DNA from: Candidatus Deferrimicrobiaceae bacterium | GTDB taxonomy: Bacteria; Desulfobacterota; Deferrimicrobia; Deferrimicrobiales; Deferrimicrobiaceae | NCBI GenBank assembly: GCA_963792415.1 | Contig: CAWBVY010000006.1 | Location: 576,001 to 640,000 of the forward strand | Reading direction: 5' to 3' | DNA: 64,000 bases | Part shown: in pieces, positions 1 to 10,386 of the stretch | How positions within the stretch are numbered: position 1 is the first letter of the stretch | How the letters are laid out: each line of letters opens with the position of its first letter | The notes under the pieces: model-generated | Database searches by the model: none | Seen by the model: the letters and a program-made list of their open reading frames with translations, nothing else | Told to the model about the DNA's origin: nothing | Program-made: the position numbers and the translations under genes

Positions 1-2039
1 GCCGAGATGGCCTTGAGCACCGAAACAACCAGGTCCATGTCAATTTCGTAGAGCTGCAGCCACTGCACGAAAAGTCCGTCCTCGTTCAGCCGGCCTCCGA
101 TCATGCGATAGAACTCGTCCGAGAAGAGCCCCGCGACACCGCTTACCCACGGGTTCGACGGCTCGGAAATGATCAGGTCGTATTTCCGGTCGTACGTCGA
201 AAAAAACGTCTTGGCGTCCTCGTTGTAGATCCTGCTTCGCGGATCGGTGTAGACCCGCTCCACCCGCGGGCGGAAGTTGTTCGCCGCTTCGATCATCCCC
301 GCCTCGATCTCCACGGTGTCAACCCGTTGAATCGCGGGGTTGGATAGAAGGATGCTAGAGGTCAGGCCGGATCCCAGGCCGATGGAGGCCGCTGTCCGGG
401 CCTGCGGGTGCATTGTCATCGGAATCACGCCGAGAAGGATCATGGTGTACTCATCGACGCATGGGGGTGCCCCGGGCCGGAACGATATCGCCGCGTCCGA
501 CTTCCCGTTGGTACGGATCGAAAGGAGCCCGGAACTGTCGAGGAAGGCGCTGATCGTCGCCGTCTTGCCGTCTTTATGGTACAGAAGCCGGTTCGTATCC
601 GGACCCGCCAGGATTCCCAGCCGGAAGACCCCCGATCCCATCTTGTAAGGATCCAGGTCCACGAAGAAAAGCGTCCCCGCGATCGCGCCGATCGCGCCCG
701 CCGTGACGATCGCCGGCCGCAGGGAGCTCCGTCGTTCCCCTCCCGCACGCCAGTACAACGCCACGCCGAGAGCGATGTCCAGCCCGGCTCCAAGGATGAT
801 CAGCCCTTTCAGCCCGAGGGACGACATCCCGATGTGTATGGAAAACACGACCCCGAGGATCGCGCCGACGGTGTTGGCGGCGTACACCGCTCCGATGCTC
901 CGTTCGCCATGACCCTCCCGGAACAGGGCGAAGGTGATGAGCGGCAGGGTCATTCCGGCGAAAAACGTGGCGGGCAGCATGATCGCTATGGCGATGGCGC
1001 CGCTCGAAAGGTTGAACAGCGCGTATCCGGCAACGGTCTTGTCGAGGGTCTTGACAATCCACTGCATGACCGTGAAGGTGTTCCCGTAGAGGGGAAGCGT
1101 CGACAACGCCAGCAGCCCCATGACGAGCTGCACCCCCGCCAGATACCGGACCGGGCTGGGGATATGGTCGATCCGCCGCTGGATCCAGAACCCCCCAAAC
1201 GCCAGCCCGAGGATGAAAGCGCAAAGCATGAGCTCGAACGCATGGGTGGAGCTGCTCAATACGAGGCTCAACATCCGGATCCAGCCGATTTCGTAGATGA
1301 ACGAGGCCGCCCCCGTCACCGCGGCGGCGAACAGGAAGAACCGGTACCACGCCGCAGAACCCGCAGCCGGAGGTGCCGCAGCGGGCGAGCGCTCGCGGTG
1401 CCCACGTGCTTCTTTTTCCGGGGACATCCTCACCAGGTACCAGACCGCGATCGCCAAGGTGATGTTGATCAGGCCCGCAACCCTAATCGTTCCCGGCAGG
1501 CCGATCCACCGGATGAGCAGAAAACCGCTCGCCAGCACGCCAAGCGCAGCTCCGATGCTGTTGGTAAAGTAGAGCATGGCGATGGACCGACCGGGTCTGT
1601 CGGGGAAAAGGCGCAGGACGCCGGCGCTCATCAGGGGGAAGGTCATTCCCAGCAGGACGGACTGTGGCAGTATCAACGACGCCGCGAGGGTCCATTTGAA
1701 GGCGCTGATCACCGCCGGATTCCCCAGTCGCGGAATGATGGAAGCGTAGGACCAATCGATGGCATGGATGAACACGTCGTGAAAAGCCAAGGCGCAAAGG
1801 CCGACGACCCCTTCCGCGAATGCATATCCCAGCAGCACGTTATTCCAGCGGGTGGAGACTCTGCTGCAGATCCACGACCCGATGGCCATCCCGCCCATGA
1901 AGATGACGAGCACCAGCGTCTGGGCGTAGGCGGCGTGACCCAGAAAGAGCTTCAGGTAATGTGTCCAGATCGATTCGTAGATGAGCCCTGAAAATCCGGA
2001 CAAGGTGAAGAGGAGAAAATAGACGGATATGCCGGCCAT
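1..2039 (-). CDS. Fused membrane (MFS-like)/spermidine synthase-like SAM-binding protein; 3' end runs off the window
   Basis: Absent from the ORF track because it is truncated. Hand translation from ATG 2039 gives MAGISVYFLLFTLSGFSGLIYESIWTHYLKLFLGHAAYAQ..., then many TM helices, IGLGSGLTSS and YDLIISEPSNPWVSG. Confidence 0.85.
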   Translation of the reverse strand, partial: MAGISVYFLLFTLSGFSGLIYESIWTHYLKLFLGHAAYAQTLVLVIFMGGMAIGSWICSRVSTRWNNVLLGYAFAEGVVGLCALAFHDVFIHAIDWSYASIIPRLGNPAVISAFKWTLAASLILPQSVLLGMTFPLMSAGVLRLFPDRPGRSIAMLYFTNSIGAALGVLASGFLLIRWIGLPGTIRVAGLINITLAIAVWYLVRMSPEKEARGHRERSPAAAPPAAGSAAWYRFFLFAAAVTGAASFIYEIGWIRMLSLVLSSSTHAFELMLCAFILGLAFGGFWIQRRIDHIPSPVRYLAGVQLVMGLLALSTLPLYGNTFTVMQWIVKTLDKTVAGYALFNLSSGAIAIAIMLPATFFAGMTLPLITFALFREGHGERSIGAVYAANTVGAILGVVFSIHIGMSSLGLKGLIILGAGLDIALGVALYWRAGGERRSSLRPAIVTAGAIGAIAGTLFFVDLDPYKMGSGVFRLGILAGPDTNRLLYHKDGKTATISAFLDSSGLLSIRTNGKSDAAISFRPGAPPCVDEYTMILLGVIPMTMHPQARTAASIGLGSGLTSSILLSNPAIQRVDTVEIEAGMIEAANNFRPRVERVYTDPRSRIYNEDAKTFFSTYDRKYDLIISEPSNPWVSGVAGLFSDEFYRMIGGRLNEDGLFVQWLQLYEIDMDLVVSVLKAIS

Positions 2040-2075
2040 GGTCCTATTCCCGCCACCCCGCGTCGGTTATGTTTT

Positions 2076-2513
2076 TCACGGTCCTTGCTCCACGACGACT
2101 TCGATATTGTTTACCACCCCGTTGGTAATCACCTTATAGGTGGTGGTATTTTTGAAAAGAAGGCGGCGGCCCTGCTGGATGCGCGCCTGCACCGCATATG
2201 TGTGCATAGGGTCAATGTCTGCCGCCCTGTAGCCGATTTCGAACGGGATGGGGACCTGCCTGCCCCCGGTTTCAATTTCCTGCGTCCCAATGGTGAGCGC
2301 GGGAGCGCCTTGACGCGAGATATCGACCAGATCCACACGGATCAAGGCATCCGTGGGCAGAACCATCCTGATCCGATAGGTGACGGTCCCCCTCACCCTG
2401 GCTACTCCCTGCTGCGATCCGATATCCGCAATATCTTTTTGGTACGAGGCGCAACCGGCCGCCAAAGTCGCGAGCAGGACAAGAACCCCACGTATTGCCG
2501 ACCTTTTTGCCAT
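2076..2513 (-). CDS. YbaY/YscW-family lipoprotein
   Basis: Lipobox LAAGC; VRGTVTYRIRMVLP, QVPIPFEIGY and YAVQARI motifs; likely start MAKRS at 2513. Confidence 0.85.
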   Translation of the reverse strand: MAKRSAIRGVLVLLATLAAGCASYQKDIADIGSQQGVARVRGTVTYRIRMVLPTDALIRVDLVDISRQGAPALTIGTQEIETGGRQVPIPFEIGYRAADIDPMHTYAVQARIQQGRRLLFKNTTTYKVITNGVVNNIEVVVEQGP

Positions 2514-2578
2514 CGCTACCATCCTTTCCTTCGATCGAACCATGTTCACCCCCACGGAAGCAGGAGGTCCCCAGGGAT

Positions 2579-4333
2579 TCACCGTGGAAGATTCCCCTTC
2601 GACAGGGCAGCTTCCAGGTTCCTCCTGGCGACGACATTGTTCGGCTGGAGTTCCAACAGTTGCCGGAATTGCTCGATGGCCTCGCCGGTTTCCCCGTGTC
2701 GGAGAAGCATCACGCCAAAGTTGTTGTGGACCTCCGGTGGAAAATCGCCTTTCTTTTGCACCACGAATCGGTATTGGGCGATGGCGTCATCAATATTTCC
2801 CATCTGGGTGAACGCGACGGCCAGATTGTATCTTGCCTTTACGTACTCGGGATCGATCCACAACGCGTACTGGAAGTGACCCACCGCGCGGCCGAGATTT
2901 CCCAGCCGGAGATAAGACAGTCCGAGATTGTAATGGGCGAACTTGCCGGCTGGACTGAACCGGGGCTCGGTCCGGAGGACCTCCTTGAAATGAGGGATCG
3001 CCTCTTCCGGTTTCCCTTCGTCGAGGAGCGCGGTTCCCAAGTGGGTTTGGCTTACCCAGTTGCTCGATGTAACCTCCAGTGCGTGCCGGAAAAGTGTGAC
3101 GTTTTTCGCCCAATTGCGGATCTGAACCCACGACACCGTCATCGCCGAAAGAAGCATCAACCCGCACGCAACTCCCAACCCGACGCGGCGATCCTTCCAG
3201 GCGGCCGTCGCCTCGGAGATTCCCCAAGCCGCCATGATGAAGATTCCAATCAGGGGGACATACGTGTACCGGTCCGCCATGGCTTGTCCCCCAACCTGCA
3301 CGATCCCGATCACAGGCACGAGGGTCCCGAGGTACCAGAGCCATCCGGCAAGGAAATAGGGACGTTTTCCTGCCCCCCGGAGAACAAGAAAGGATACGGC
3401 AACGAGAACGATGGCGGAACCTGCAATCTCCCAGGTCGGAATATTGACCGGGTACGGATAGAATATGGACAGAGACGTGGGCCACACCGTCTTGACCAAG
3501 TAAATGACGTACGATATTGCCGCATTCATGGCCCGCACGGCGACAGGCAAATCCGCCGCCGCGACCACCGCCTCCCCCTTCCTCTGAGCAAGAAAAGTGA
3601 CGATGGAGGAAGCCGCCGCCATTCCCAGGAGGGGGACCTTTTCCATCACGAGTCGTTTCCATGTCTCCGACTTCCCTGTGCCCGCATCCTCTTTACCCGA
3701 CTGGAATCGCTGCAACGGCCAGTAATCGAGCACCAGGAGAACGAAGGGAAGCGTCACCAGCATCGGTTTGCTCATCAGGCCGAGGGCCAGGAAGGCGGCC
3801 ACGAGGAAGTATCTTCCGATGCCGGGCGACGTCGTGTATCGCCAATACGCCCACATCGTTGCCATCCAGAAAAACGTGCTCAGGACATCCTTTCGTTCCG
3901 CCACCCACGCCACGGACTCCACGTGCAGCGGATGCACCGCGAAGAGCGCGGCAACGACCAAGGAACGGGGCACGTTGCCGGTCATCCGGAACAGGACCAA
4001 AAACAGCGCGAGCGAACTCAGCCCATGGAAAAACACGTTGACCAGGTGGGAACCTCCCGGCCACAACCCGAACAGTTCGACATCCGCCATGTGGGAAATC
4101 CATGTCACCGGATGCCAGTTGCCCATGTGCATCGTCGTGAAGGCCCACGCAAGCCCCGCTTTCGTCAGACCTGCTTTCACGCTCGGATTATCGAAGACGT
4201 ACCCGGGGTCGTCAAAGGATGTGAAGGGATGGCTCCGGACCTGGCCGAAGACCAGGAGAACCATGATCACCAAGGCGGCACACCCAAGGGCTTGCGGCGA
4301 GATGGAGCGTGTATTACCCGTGGTATGTAGCAC
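2579..4333 (-). CDS. TMTC-like GT-C membrane glycosyltransferase with C-terminal TPR repeats
   Basis: FDD acidic loop after TM1, NWHPVTWISH, HPLHVESVAWVAERKD, MADRYTY, TPR tail. Confidence 0.85.
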   Translation of the reverse strand: MLHTTGNTRSISPQALGCAALVIMVLLVFGQVRSHPFTSFDDPGYVFDNPSVKAGLTKAGLAWAFTTMHMGNWHPVTWISHMADVELFGLWPGGSHLVNVFFHGLSSLALFLVLFRMTGNVPRSLVVAALFAVHPLHVESVAWVAERKDVLSTFFWMATMWAYWRYTTSPGIGRYFLVAAFLALGLMSKPMLVTLPFVLLVLDYWPLQRFQSGKEDAGTGKSETWKRLVMEKVPLLGMAAASSIVTFLAQRKGEAVVAAADLPVAVRAMNAAISYVIYLVKTVWPTSLSIFYPYPVNIPTWEIAGSAIVLVAVSFLVLRGAGKRPYFLAGWLWYLGTLVPVIGIVQVGGQAMADRYTYVPLIGIFIMAAWGISEATAAWKDRRVGLGVACGLMLLSAMTVSWVQIRNWAKNVTLFRHALEVTSSNWVSQTHLGTALLDEGKPEEAIPHFKEVLRTEPRFSPAGKFAHYNLGLSYLRLGNLGRAVGHFQYALWIDPEYVKARYNLAVAFTQMGNIDDAIAQYRFVVQKKGDFPPEVHNNFGVMLLRHGETGEAIEQFRQLLELQPNNVVARRNLEAALSKGNLPR

Positions 4334-4343
4334 CGGTTTTATT

Positions 4344-5084
4344 TTACTTGCGGAAGAGGGAATCTTTCCTGATTCCCATTTTCTGCAGGCGGTATTTCAT
4401 GGCCGTGGACAGGACCCCGAATCCATACGTGACGCTTCTGGAAAAATTGATGGAGGATGCGTCCGCGAAATATCTCGTTGGACAGCTGATCTCGCCGATG
4501 CGGAACCCGAAGAAAACGGCCTGAACGAGCATCTCGTTATCGAAGACGAAATCGTCCGAGTTCCGCTCGATGGGGATCGTCTCGAGTACATTCCTTCCGA
4601 AGGCGCGGAACCCAGTATGGAATTCGGACAACTTGATCCCCAACAGGATATTTTCTACCAGGGTGAGGAACCGGTTCGCCACGTATTTGTAGATCGGCAT
4701 CCCTCCCTTGAGAGTTTCCCCCGTGAGGATCCGCGACCCCAGGACCACATCGTAATGCCCAGATGCGACCATCGAGGCCATCGCGGTGACCAGTTTCGGG
4801 GAGTATTGATAGTCGGGGTGGATCATGACGACGATATCCGCCCCGAGCCGGAGGGCTTCCTTGTAGCAGGTTTTCTGGTTGGCTCCGTATCCCCTGTTTT
4901 CAGTGTGAACGATGGTGTTAATCCCGAGGGCGCGGGCAACCTCCACGGTGCTGTCCCTGGAAGCATCGTCGACCAGGATCACCTCGTCGACGTATTCATG
5001 GGGCAATTCCCCGAACGTCTGGCGGAGCGTCTTCTCCGCGTTATACGCCGGCATGACGACCACCAGTTTCTTCCCCTGGATCAT
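4344..5084 (-). CDS. GT2 glycosyltransferase, polyprenol-phosphate sugar synthase (DPM1-like)
   Basis: [32 protein letters not shown]. Confidence 0.9.
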   Translation of the reverse strand: MIQGKKLVVVMPAYNAEKTLRQTFGELPHEYVDEVILVDDASRDSTVEVARALGINTIVHTENRGYGANQKTCYKEALRLGADIVVMIHPDYQYSPKLVTAMASMVASGHYDVVLGSRILTGETLKGGMPIYKYVANRFLTLVENILLGIKLSEFHTGFRAFGRNVLETIPIERNSDDFVFDNEMLVQAVFFGFRIGEISCPTRYFADASSINFSRSVTYGFGVLSTAMKYRLQKMGIRKDSLFRK

Positions 5085-5257
5085 CCGGGAAGATCTCCCG
5101 ATTTTATCGCATGGATCTCGAACGTCCCTCCTTCATTCAGCAAATACGCCTCCGCAAGGGAAAGGATCAGCGCCAATGGTGCAAAAACCGGCAAGAGGAT
5201 GAAGATCGTGCAGGTCCACTGCAAGTCGCGATTACCGAGACCCATTGTATCTTTCAT
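5081..5257 (-). pseudogene. Short ORF or gene remnant (about 58 aa) coupled to the GT2 start
   Basis: [58 protein letters not shown]; its TGA overlaps the GT2 ATG (ATGA). Confidence 0.4.
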
Positions 5258-5429
5258 CCCTTATGGGAACGAACCGTTCCATTTTCATGAATAGTTTTAT
5301 ACCATCTCCGCATGGGAGGAGTCTTTCGGGTTTTCCCCCTCTTCGTACGGGCACTCGTGGTTTCTATAAGCAAAAGGGATTCGTACTTGGAATGGCCAAA
5401 GCCGCCTGCGGTTCCAAAAGGAAATTCGG

Positions 5430-7265
5430 ATGAGAGTGAAAACATGGACTTGCATTCTTCTTGTTCTAATAACCCTTGGCATATATTACCAGACCAGCAA
5501 TCATCATTTCATAAACTACGATGACCCTTCTTACATTATTGACAACCTGCATGTTAACACCGGATTAAACGCAAATAACATCGCTTGGGCGTTCACTTCC
5601 GTTCACTCCTCAAACTGGCATCCCGTAACCTGGCTATCGCATATGCTAGATGTACAATTATTCGGCCTCGCTCCAAAGGGCCACCACCTTGTTAATGTAA
5701 TGTTCCATCTTATCAACACCTTGCTATTGTATTTTCTGTTATTTGGAACTACCAAGTCGCACTGGAAAAGTTCCTTCGTTGCGGCGTTGTTCGCTCTTCA
5801 TCCACTCCATGTGGAGTCCGTTGCATGGGTCTCCGAGCGGAAAGACGTACTGAGCGCGTTTTTCTTCTTCATCACATTGATATTATATGTTTGGTACGTG
5901 AGGCGCCCCGTTTTCCGGAGGTACCTGCTTGCTTTATTCGCCTTCGCCCTTGGTCTCATGTCGAAACCCATGCTCGTTACACTCCCGTTTATTCTCTTGC
6001 TCATGGATTATTGGCCGTTACAGCGAATAACTCAATATGAGGGAATAGTTGATGCCAAAGGAAACAGTATCACGGAAAAGGAACAATCAACCCTCAGGCA
6101 ATTGATTCTCGAGAAATTCCCGTTTCTTGCTCTTTCCACCTTGTCCTGCATCATCACATTTTATGCTCAATCCAGAGGAGGAGCGGTAGCGAAAATAAAA
6201 TCAGTCCCGATAAGCTTCAGATTTTTAAACTCACTAGTCGCTTACGCAAATTACATATTCAAAACAATCTTGCCGCTTAAATTATCCGTAATCTATCCGT
6301 TACCCGATACCATAACAGTTTTACATGGGCTAGCGACCGGACTGCTCCTGACTGTCATTTCCACCATATCCATTCGAATGTGGCGGCGTCATCCATACTT
6401 TATTGTCGGGTGGCTTTGGTATATCGGGATGCTGGTTCCTGTAATCGGCTTGGTACAAGTAGGAAGACAATCCATGGCGGACCGGTACACGTATTTACCG
6501 CTCACAGGCCTGTTTATCATTGTCGCATGGGGCGTTCCATCAATCCTGAAAAATTGGCGTTACAGAAATACGCTTCTTTCCATTATGTCTGTGCTATTTC
6601 TGTTTACGTATTCACTATTAACCTGGTTTCAACTAGGATATTGGAAAAACAGCGTTACCCTCTTCCGGCATGCGACACAAGCAATTTCAAAAAACTATGT
6701 GGCTTACAATCTGCTTGGGAGTACTTATACCCAGTCAGACATGCTTGATGAAGCAATCTCCAATTACTTGGAGGCATTGCGTATATCTCCAGATGACGAA
6801 GAAGCCATTAGCGGGATAGGTATTGCCTTGGCGAAAAAAGGAGATCTCGAAAGAGCAACCTCGTATTTCAGGAAGGCAGCCTATCTGGAACCGGACTCGG
6901 CAGAGTGTCATTCCAACCTGGGATTCGCGTTATCGCAGCAGGGGCAATTTGAGGATGGAATTCGCCACTTGCTGGAAGCAGTAAGACTGCAACCCGGCAA
7001 CCCGAAAAATGCGGAGATACATTTCCACATAGGTACTTCCTTGGCAGCGCTGGGGGAAATCGATCCATCCATAGATCACTTCGTCAAGGCAATTCGGATA
7101 AAACCGGATTTCGTGGAGGCTCACTACAATTTGGGGGTTGCCCTGGCGAAGCAAGGGAGATGGGACCAGGCGATTGCCAGTTTTTCCATGGCACTTCAAT
7201 TGAAACCTGACCTGCAGGAGGCTTCCCTGTCCCTGGAGAAAGCAAAACGCATGAAGGGAAAATGA
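5430..7265 (+). CDS. Second TMTC-like GT-C/TPR protein; AT-richer and oppositely oriented
   Basis: Same motifs as 2579-4333 (YDD, NWHPVTWLSH, HPLHVESVAWVSERKD, MADRYTY) with a longer TPR array. Confidence 0.87.
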   Translation: MRVKTWTCILLVLITLGIYYQTSNHHFINYDDPSYIIDNLHVNTGLNANNIAWAFTSVHSSNWHPVTWLSHMLDVQLFGLAPKGHHLVNVMFHLINTLLLYFLLFGTTKSHWKSSFVAALFALHPLHVESVAWVSERKDVLSAFFFFITLILYVWYVRRPVFRRYLLALFAFALGLMSKPMLVTLPFILLLMDYWPLQRITQYEGIVDAKGNSITEKEQSTLRQLILEKFPFLALSTLSCIITFYAQSRGGAVAKIKSVPISFRFLNSLVAYANYIFKTILPLKLSVIYPLPDTITVLHGLATGLLLTVISTISIRMWRRHPYFIVGWLWYIGMLVPVIGLVQVGRQSMADRYTYLPLTGLFIIVAWGVPSILKNWRYRNTLLSIMSVLFLFTYSLLTWFQLGYWKNSVTLFRHATQAISKNYVAYNLLGSTYTQSDMLDEAISNYLEALRISPDDEEAISGIGIALAKKGDLERATSYFRKAAYLEPDSAECHSNLGFALSQQGQFEDGIRHLLEAVRLQPGNPKNAEIHFHIGTSLAALGEIDPSIDHFVKAIRIKPDFVEAHYNLGVALAKQGRWDQAIASFSMALQLKPDLQEASLSLEKAKRMKGK

Positions 7266-7294
7266 AACCGTGGGGACGCAGTCCCCTTTTCTCG

Positions 7295-10200
7295 CTACTT
7301 CACGCCGTCCCCGGCAATCTTCCGGACCTTCTGTTTTATGACCGCCCTCATTCTCCCCGTGGTAACCACGAGATCGGGGAATGAATTCCCTTGCGTCCTG
7401 GCCAGGTCCGCCTCCTTCCTGTAGACCTCCTCCAGGCCCGCGTTCACGTCATCGACGAAGTTTCCGATGATCACGTCCATTTCCCCAGGCTGCGCGTCGA
7501 AATATCTTTGCCCGTAGATGATCTTGGCCCGGTTGTCGGCAAAGACAACTACGGCCCGCTCCGGACCAATTCGCATAGTAACCGATGAGATTTCCAGGAC
7601 GGCCTTCTCCCCGTCCCCCTTTCTCAATGCAAACGACTTCTCCTTAAGCAGTTTCGGGGCTCTTGCCAGTTCGTCCAGGTATTCCCGCTTCAGGAAGCGC
7701 GCCGGTGCATACCCCGGATCCGTTTCCTCCAGGCGTGCCAGCAACAGCCGGAATTCGGGCGTGTTGCTCCCCCCCCCGAGGTAGAGGGCATGCGCTCGAT
7801 CGTACACCTGCGCAACCTCCATACGGTGGTCCCAACGCGCCATCTGTTCACTTCGTTCCAACGCTCCCTTTGCAGGCAGGAGGTATGGGAACAGGTTCTC
7901 CCGGTATCTCGTCAAGGCGTATGCATTCCGTCCCATAAGGTTCTTCCCGACGGAGAAGGGAGCGGAAAATTCCAGGTACAGGTTGTCGTCCGTATTCACC
8001 GTGCCTTCCCGGCTGAATTCCGCCAACCCTTTCGTTCCGGCCACGAAATAGCTCAGGAGATTGGATGCCGATCCCATCTCGACGGCCTTCAGGTCTCCCG
8101 CGACGGCCGACGCGGAAATTCTGCGCTCCAGGTCCGCCTCGTCGATCCGGATCGGCTCGTTGCTTCCGATCAACTCCGCATCCCAATGGGTCGACCAGAG
8201 CATGGCGTACCGGAAATTTTTCATGAACGTCCTGACGACGCTTTTCAGGTCGTCGACGGTCAATTCGTAGAGCGGGAGCCACTGGCACATGATGCCGCCC
8301 GGAAGCAGCCTCGTCGCGGCAAGTCGATAGTACTCCGTCGTGTACAGGTACGCCGCCCCCTGCGCCCAGGGGTGTATCGGGTCCGCGGTGATCACATCGT
8401 ACTTTTCCGTGGTGGTGAGCAGGTCGTTCCGTCCGTCATTGTAGCGGATCGAGAGTTTCGGGCTGTCCAGGACATCGTGATTGAAGCGACGGAACGTTCT
8501 TGCCGCGGGGAGGACGTTGGCGCTCGATTTCGGCGAGGATGATCTTCTCGACTTCCGGGTGGACGGAAACCGCTCCGAGCGTCATTCCGGTCCCAAGCCC
8601 CAGGACCCAGACCTTCCCCGGGTTTCGGTGCAGCAGCACCGGCAGGTGCCCCAGGGCCATCTGGCACTGGATGTCCTGCTTTATGGAGGAGGCGACCGTT
8701 TTCCCGTTGACCAGCAACGCCTGGGGCGCCCCTTTCGGCTTGATCACGCTTATCGTCTCATTGATCCCTTCCCGGAAGAACAGCACGTCGGTGTTCTCCA
8801 TCGCGTCCTCGATCTCTCCCGGGCTGTCGAATGCCTCGCGCTGGTTGTTTCGGTAGATGGCGAAATATTTCGTGTCCCAGCCTTTCCAGCGGTCGGGATT
8901 GAGCGCGAGGGCGAGGAGTACCGCCGCGGTCACGGCCGCAGTCCCCCAGGTAGCCAGGGGTCGCTCCGCCGTGCTCGCGGCAATCAACAGGCCGGTCCCC
9001 ATGTTCAGTGCGACAAGGATCTGGAGAGACCGCTCGATTCCGAAGAGGTAGATCAGGACGAACCCGCTGACCGAGGCGCCGAGAATCGCCCCGATCGTAT
9101 TGTAGGTGAGAACCTCCCCCACCGAACTCCCCGCCGTGTTCCGGAAATTTGCGTGGATCGTCCCCGCCAGCGGAAAAGCGACCCCCATGAAGAACGCCGG
9201 GAGAAACATGTAGCAGAACGCCACCAGGATATTCGCAACCAGCCTCACCTCGAACACACTGATATCCGTTCCCAGAATCAGGTTCTGGATACGAATCGCC
9301 TCCGCCGGTAAATCCCGCAGGGTGTACGTCACCAGCAGGGCGGTGACCCCGATGAGGAACTGCACCAGCCCGAAGCCGGTGATGAACCTTCTGCCTCCTT
9401 CCCTGCCGCGCGCGATTTTCAGGAAGATGCCGCAGGCACCGCTGCCGGATGCGATCCCTGAAAGGAAGGCAGCCAGCATGATGGTAAAGCCGTACACCGA
9501 AGTTCCGATCACCATACTGAGGACCCGGGTCCAAAGCACCTCGTACCCCAGCGCACAGAACCCACTGATCCCGATTCCCCAGAGCACAAGCCGATAGGGG
9601 ATACGGCTCTTCGGTCCGTTAAACGCGAAGGTTTCGGGTTTCACGGCAACCCCCTTCTCCCACGGCGGGTGCGCAGCCTCCCTCGCAAGATGGGACGACA
9701 CCGTGTCCTGCAGGGCGATCGAGGAAAGACCGATTGCCAGGTTGATTCCGATTGCGACCGCAAGGGTACCGTTCACGCCCAGGTACGGGAGGAGGAGAAA
9801 CCCCGCCGCCAGGGTGCCCGCCACGGCGCCGATGGTGTTGATGCCATAGAGGAAGGAGAGACGCGCTCCCAGCCGCTCCGGCCCCGATGAAACCAGGCGC
9901 GCCAGCACAGGGAGCGTTCCACCCATCAGCGTGGCAGGCACAAGCATGGACGCAACTGCGAGCACGATCCGCAGGGAGGAAAGGTACACCGTGTTGTTCG
10001 CCCCCAACCGCGCGAGGGGTACATACACGTGAGGATACAGCTTCATCAGAAGAACGAAGAAAACCGCAAATACGGCGATCCCAACCTCCAGGAAACCGTA
10101 CAATCTCAGAGGCTTCGCGTGGTGCTCGACACGTTTTCCGAGGAGATGGCTTCCGAGCGCCAGTCCTCCCATGAACACGAATAGCACGGTCGATACCGCA

Positions 10201-10319
10201 AGGTGGGATGCGCCGAAGATGAGCGAAAAAGACCGGAACCAGACCACCTCGTAGATCAGGGCGACCGCGCCGGAGAGGAAGAACAGCGGGTAAATCAATG
10301 CGAATATCGGGCAGGACAT
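7295..10319 (-). pseudogene. Fused membrane/spermidine synthase-like protein split by a 1-nt frameshift near 8520 (real lesion or assembly error)
   Basis: 8436-10319 frame reads to LGLGTG...ILAEIE. The shifted frame continues ANVLPAARTFRRFNHDVLDSPKL...DGRN...KYDVITADPIHPW into the 7295-8395 ORF. Confidence 0.8.
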
Positions 10320-10386
10320 TCCGAACCCGGATTATACCGCGCGGTGTTTTCCGATACGCTGGCCACCTCTCTTCGGTATTGGCCTG

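Noticed and set aside
408-1991. Long plus-strand ORF, and many similar antisense ORFs across the window
   Set aside because: Shadow frames of high-GC genes on the other strand, with no motifs.
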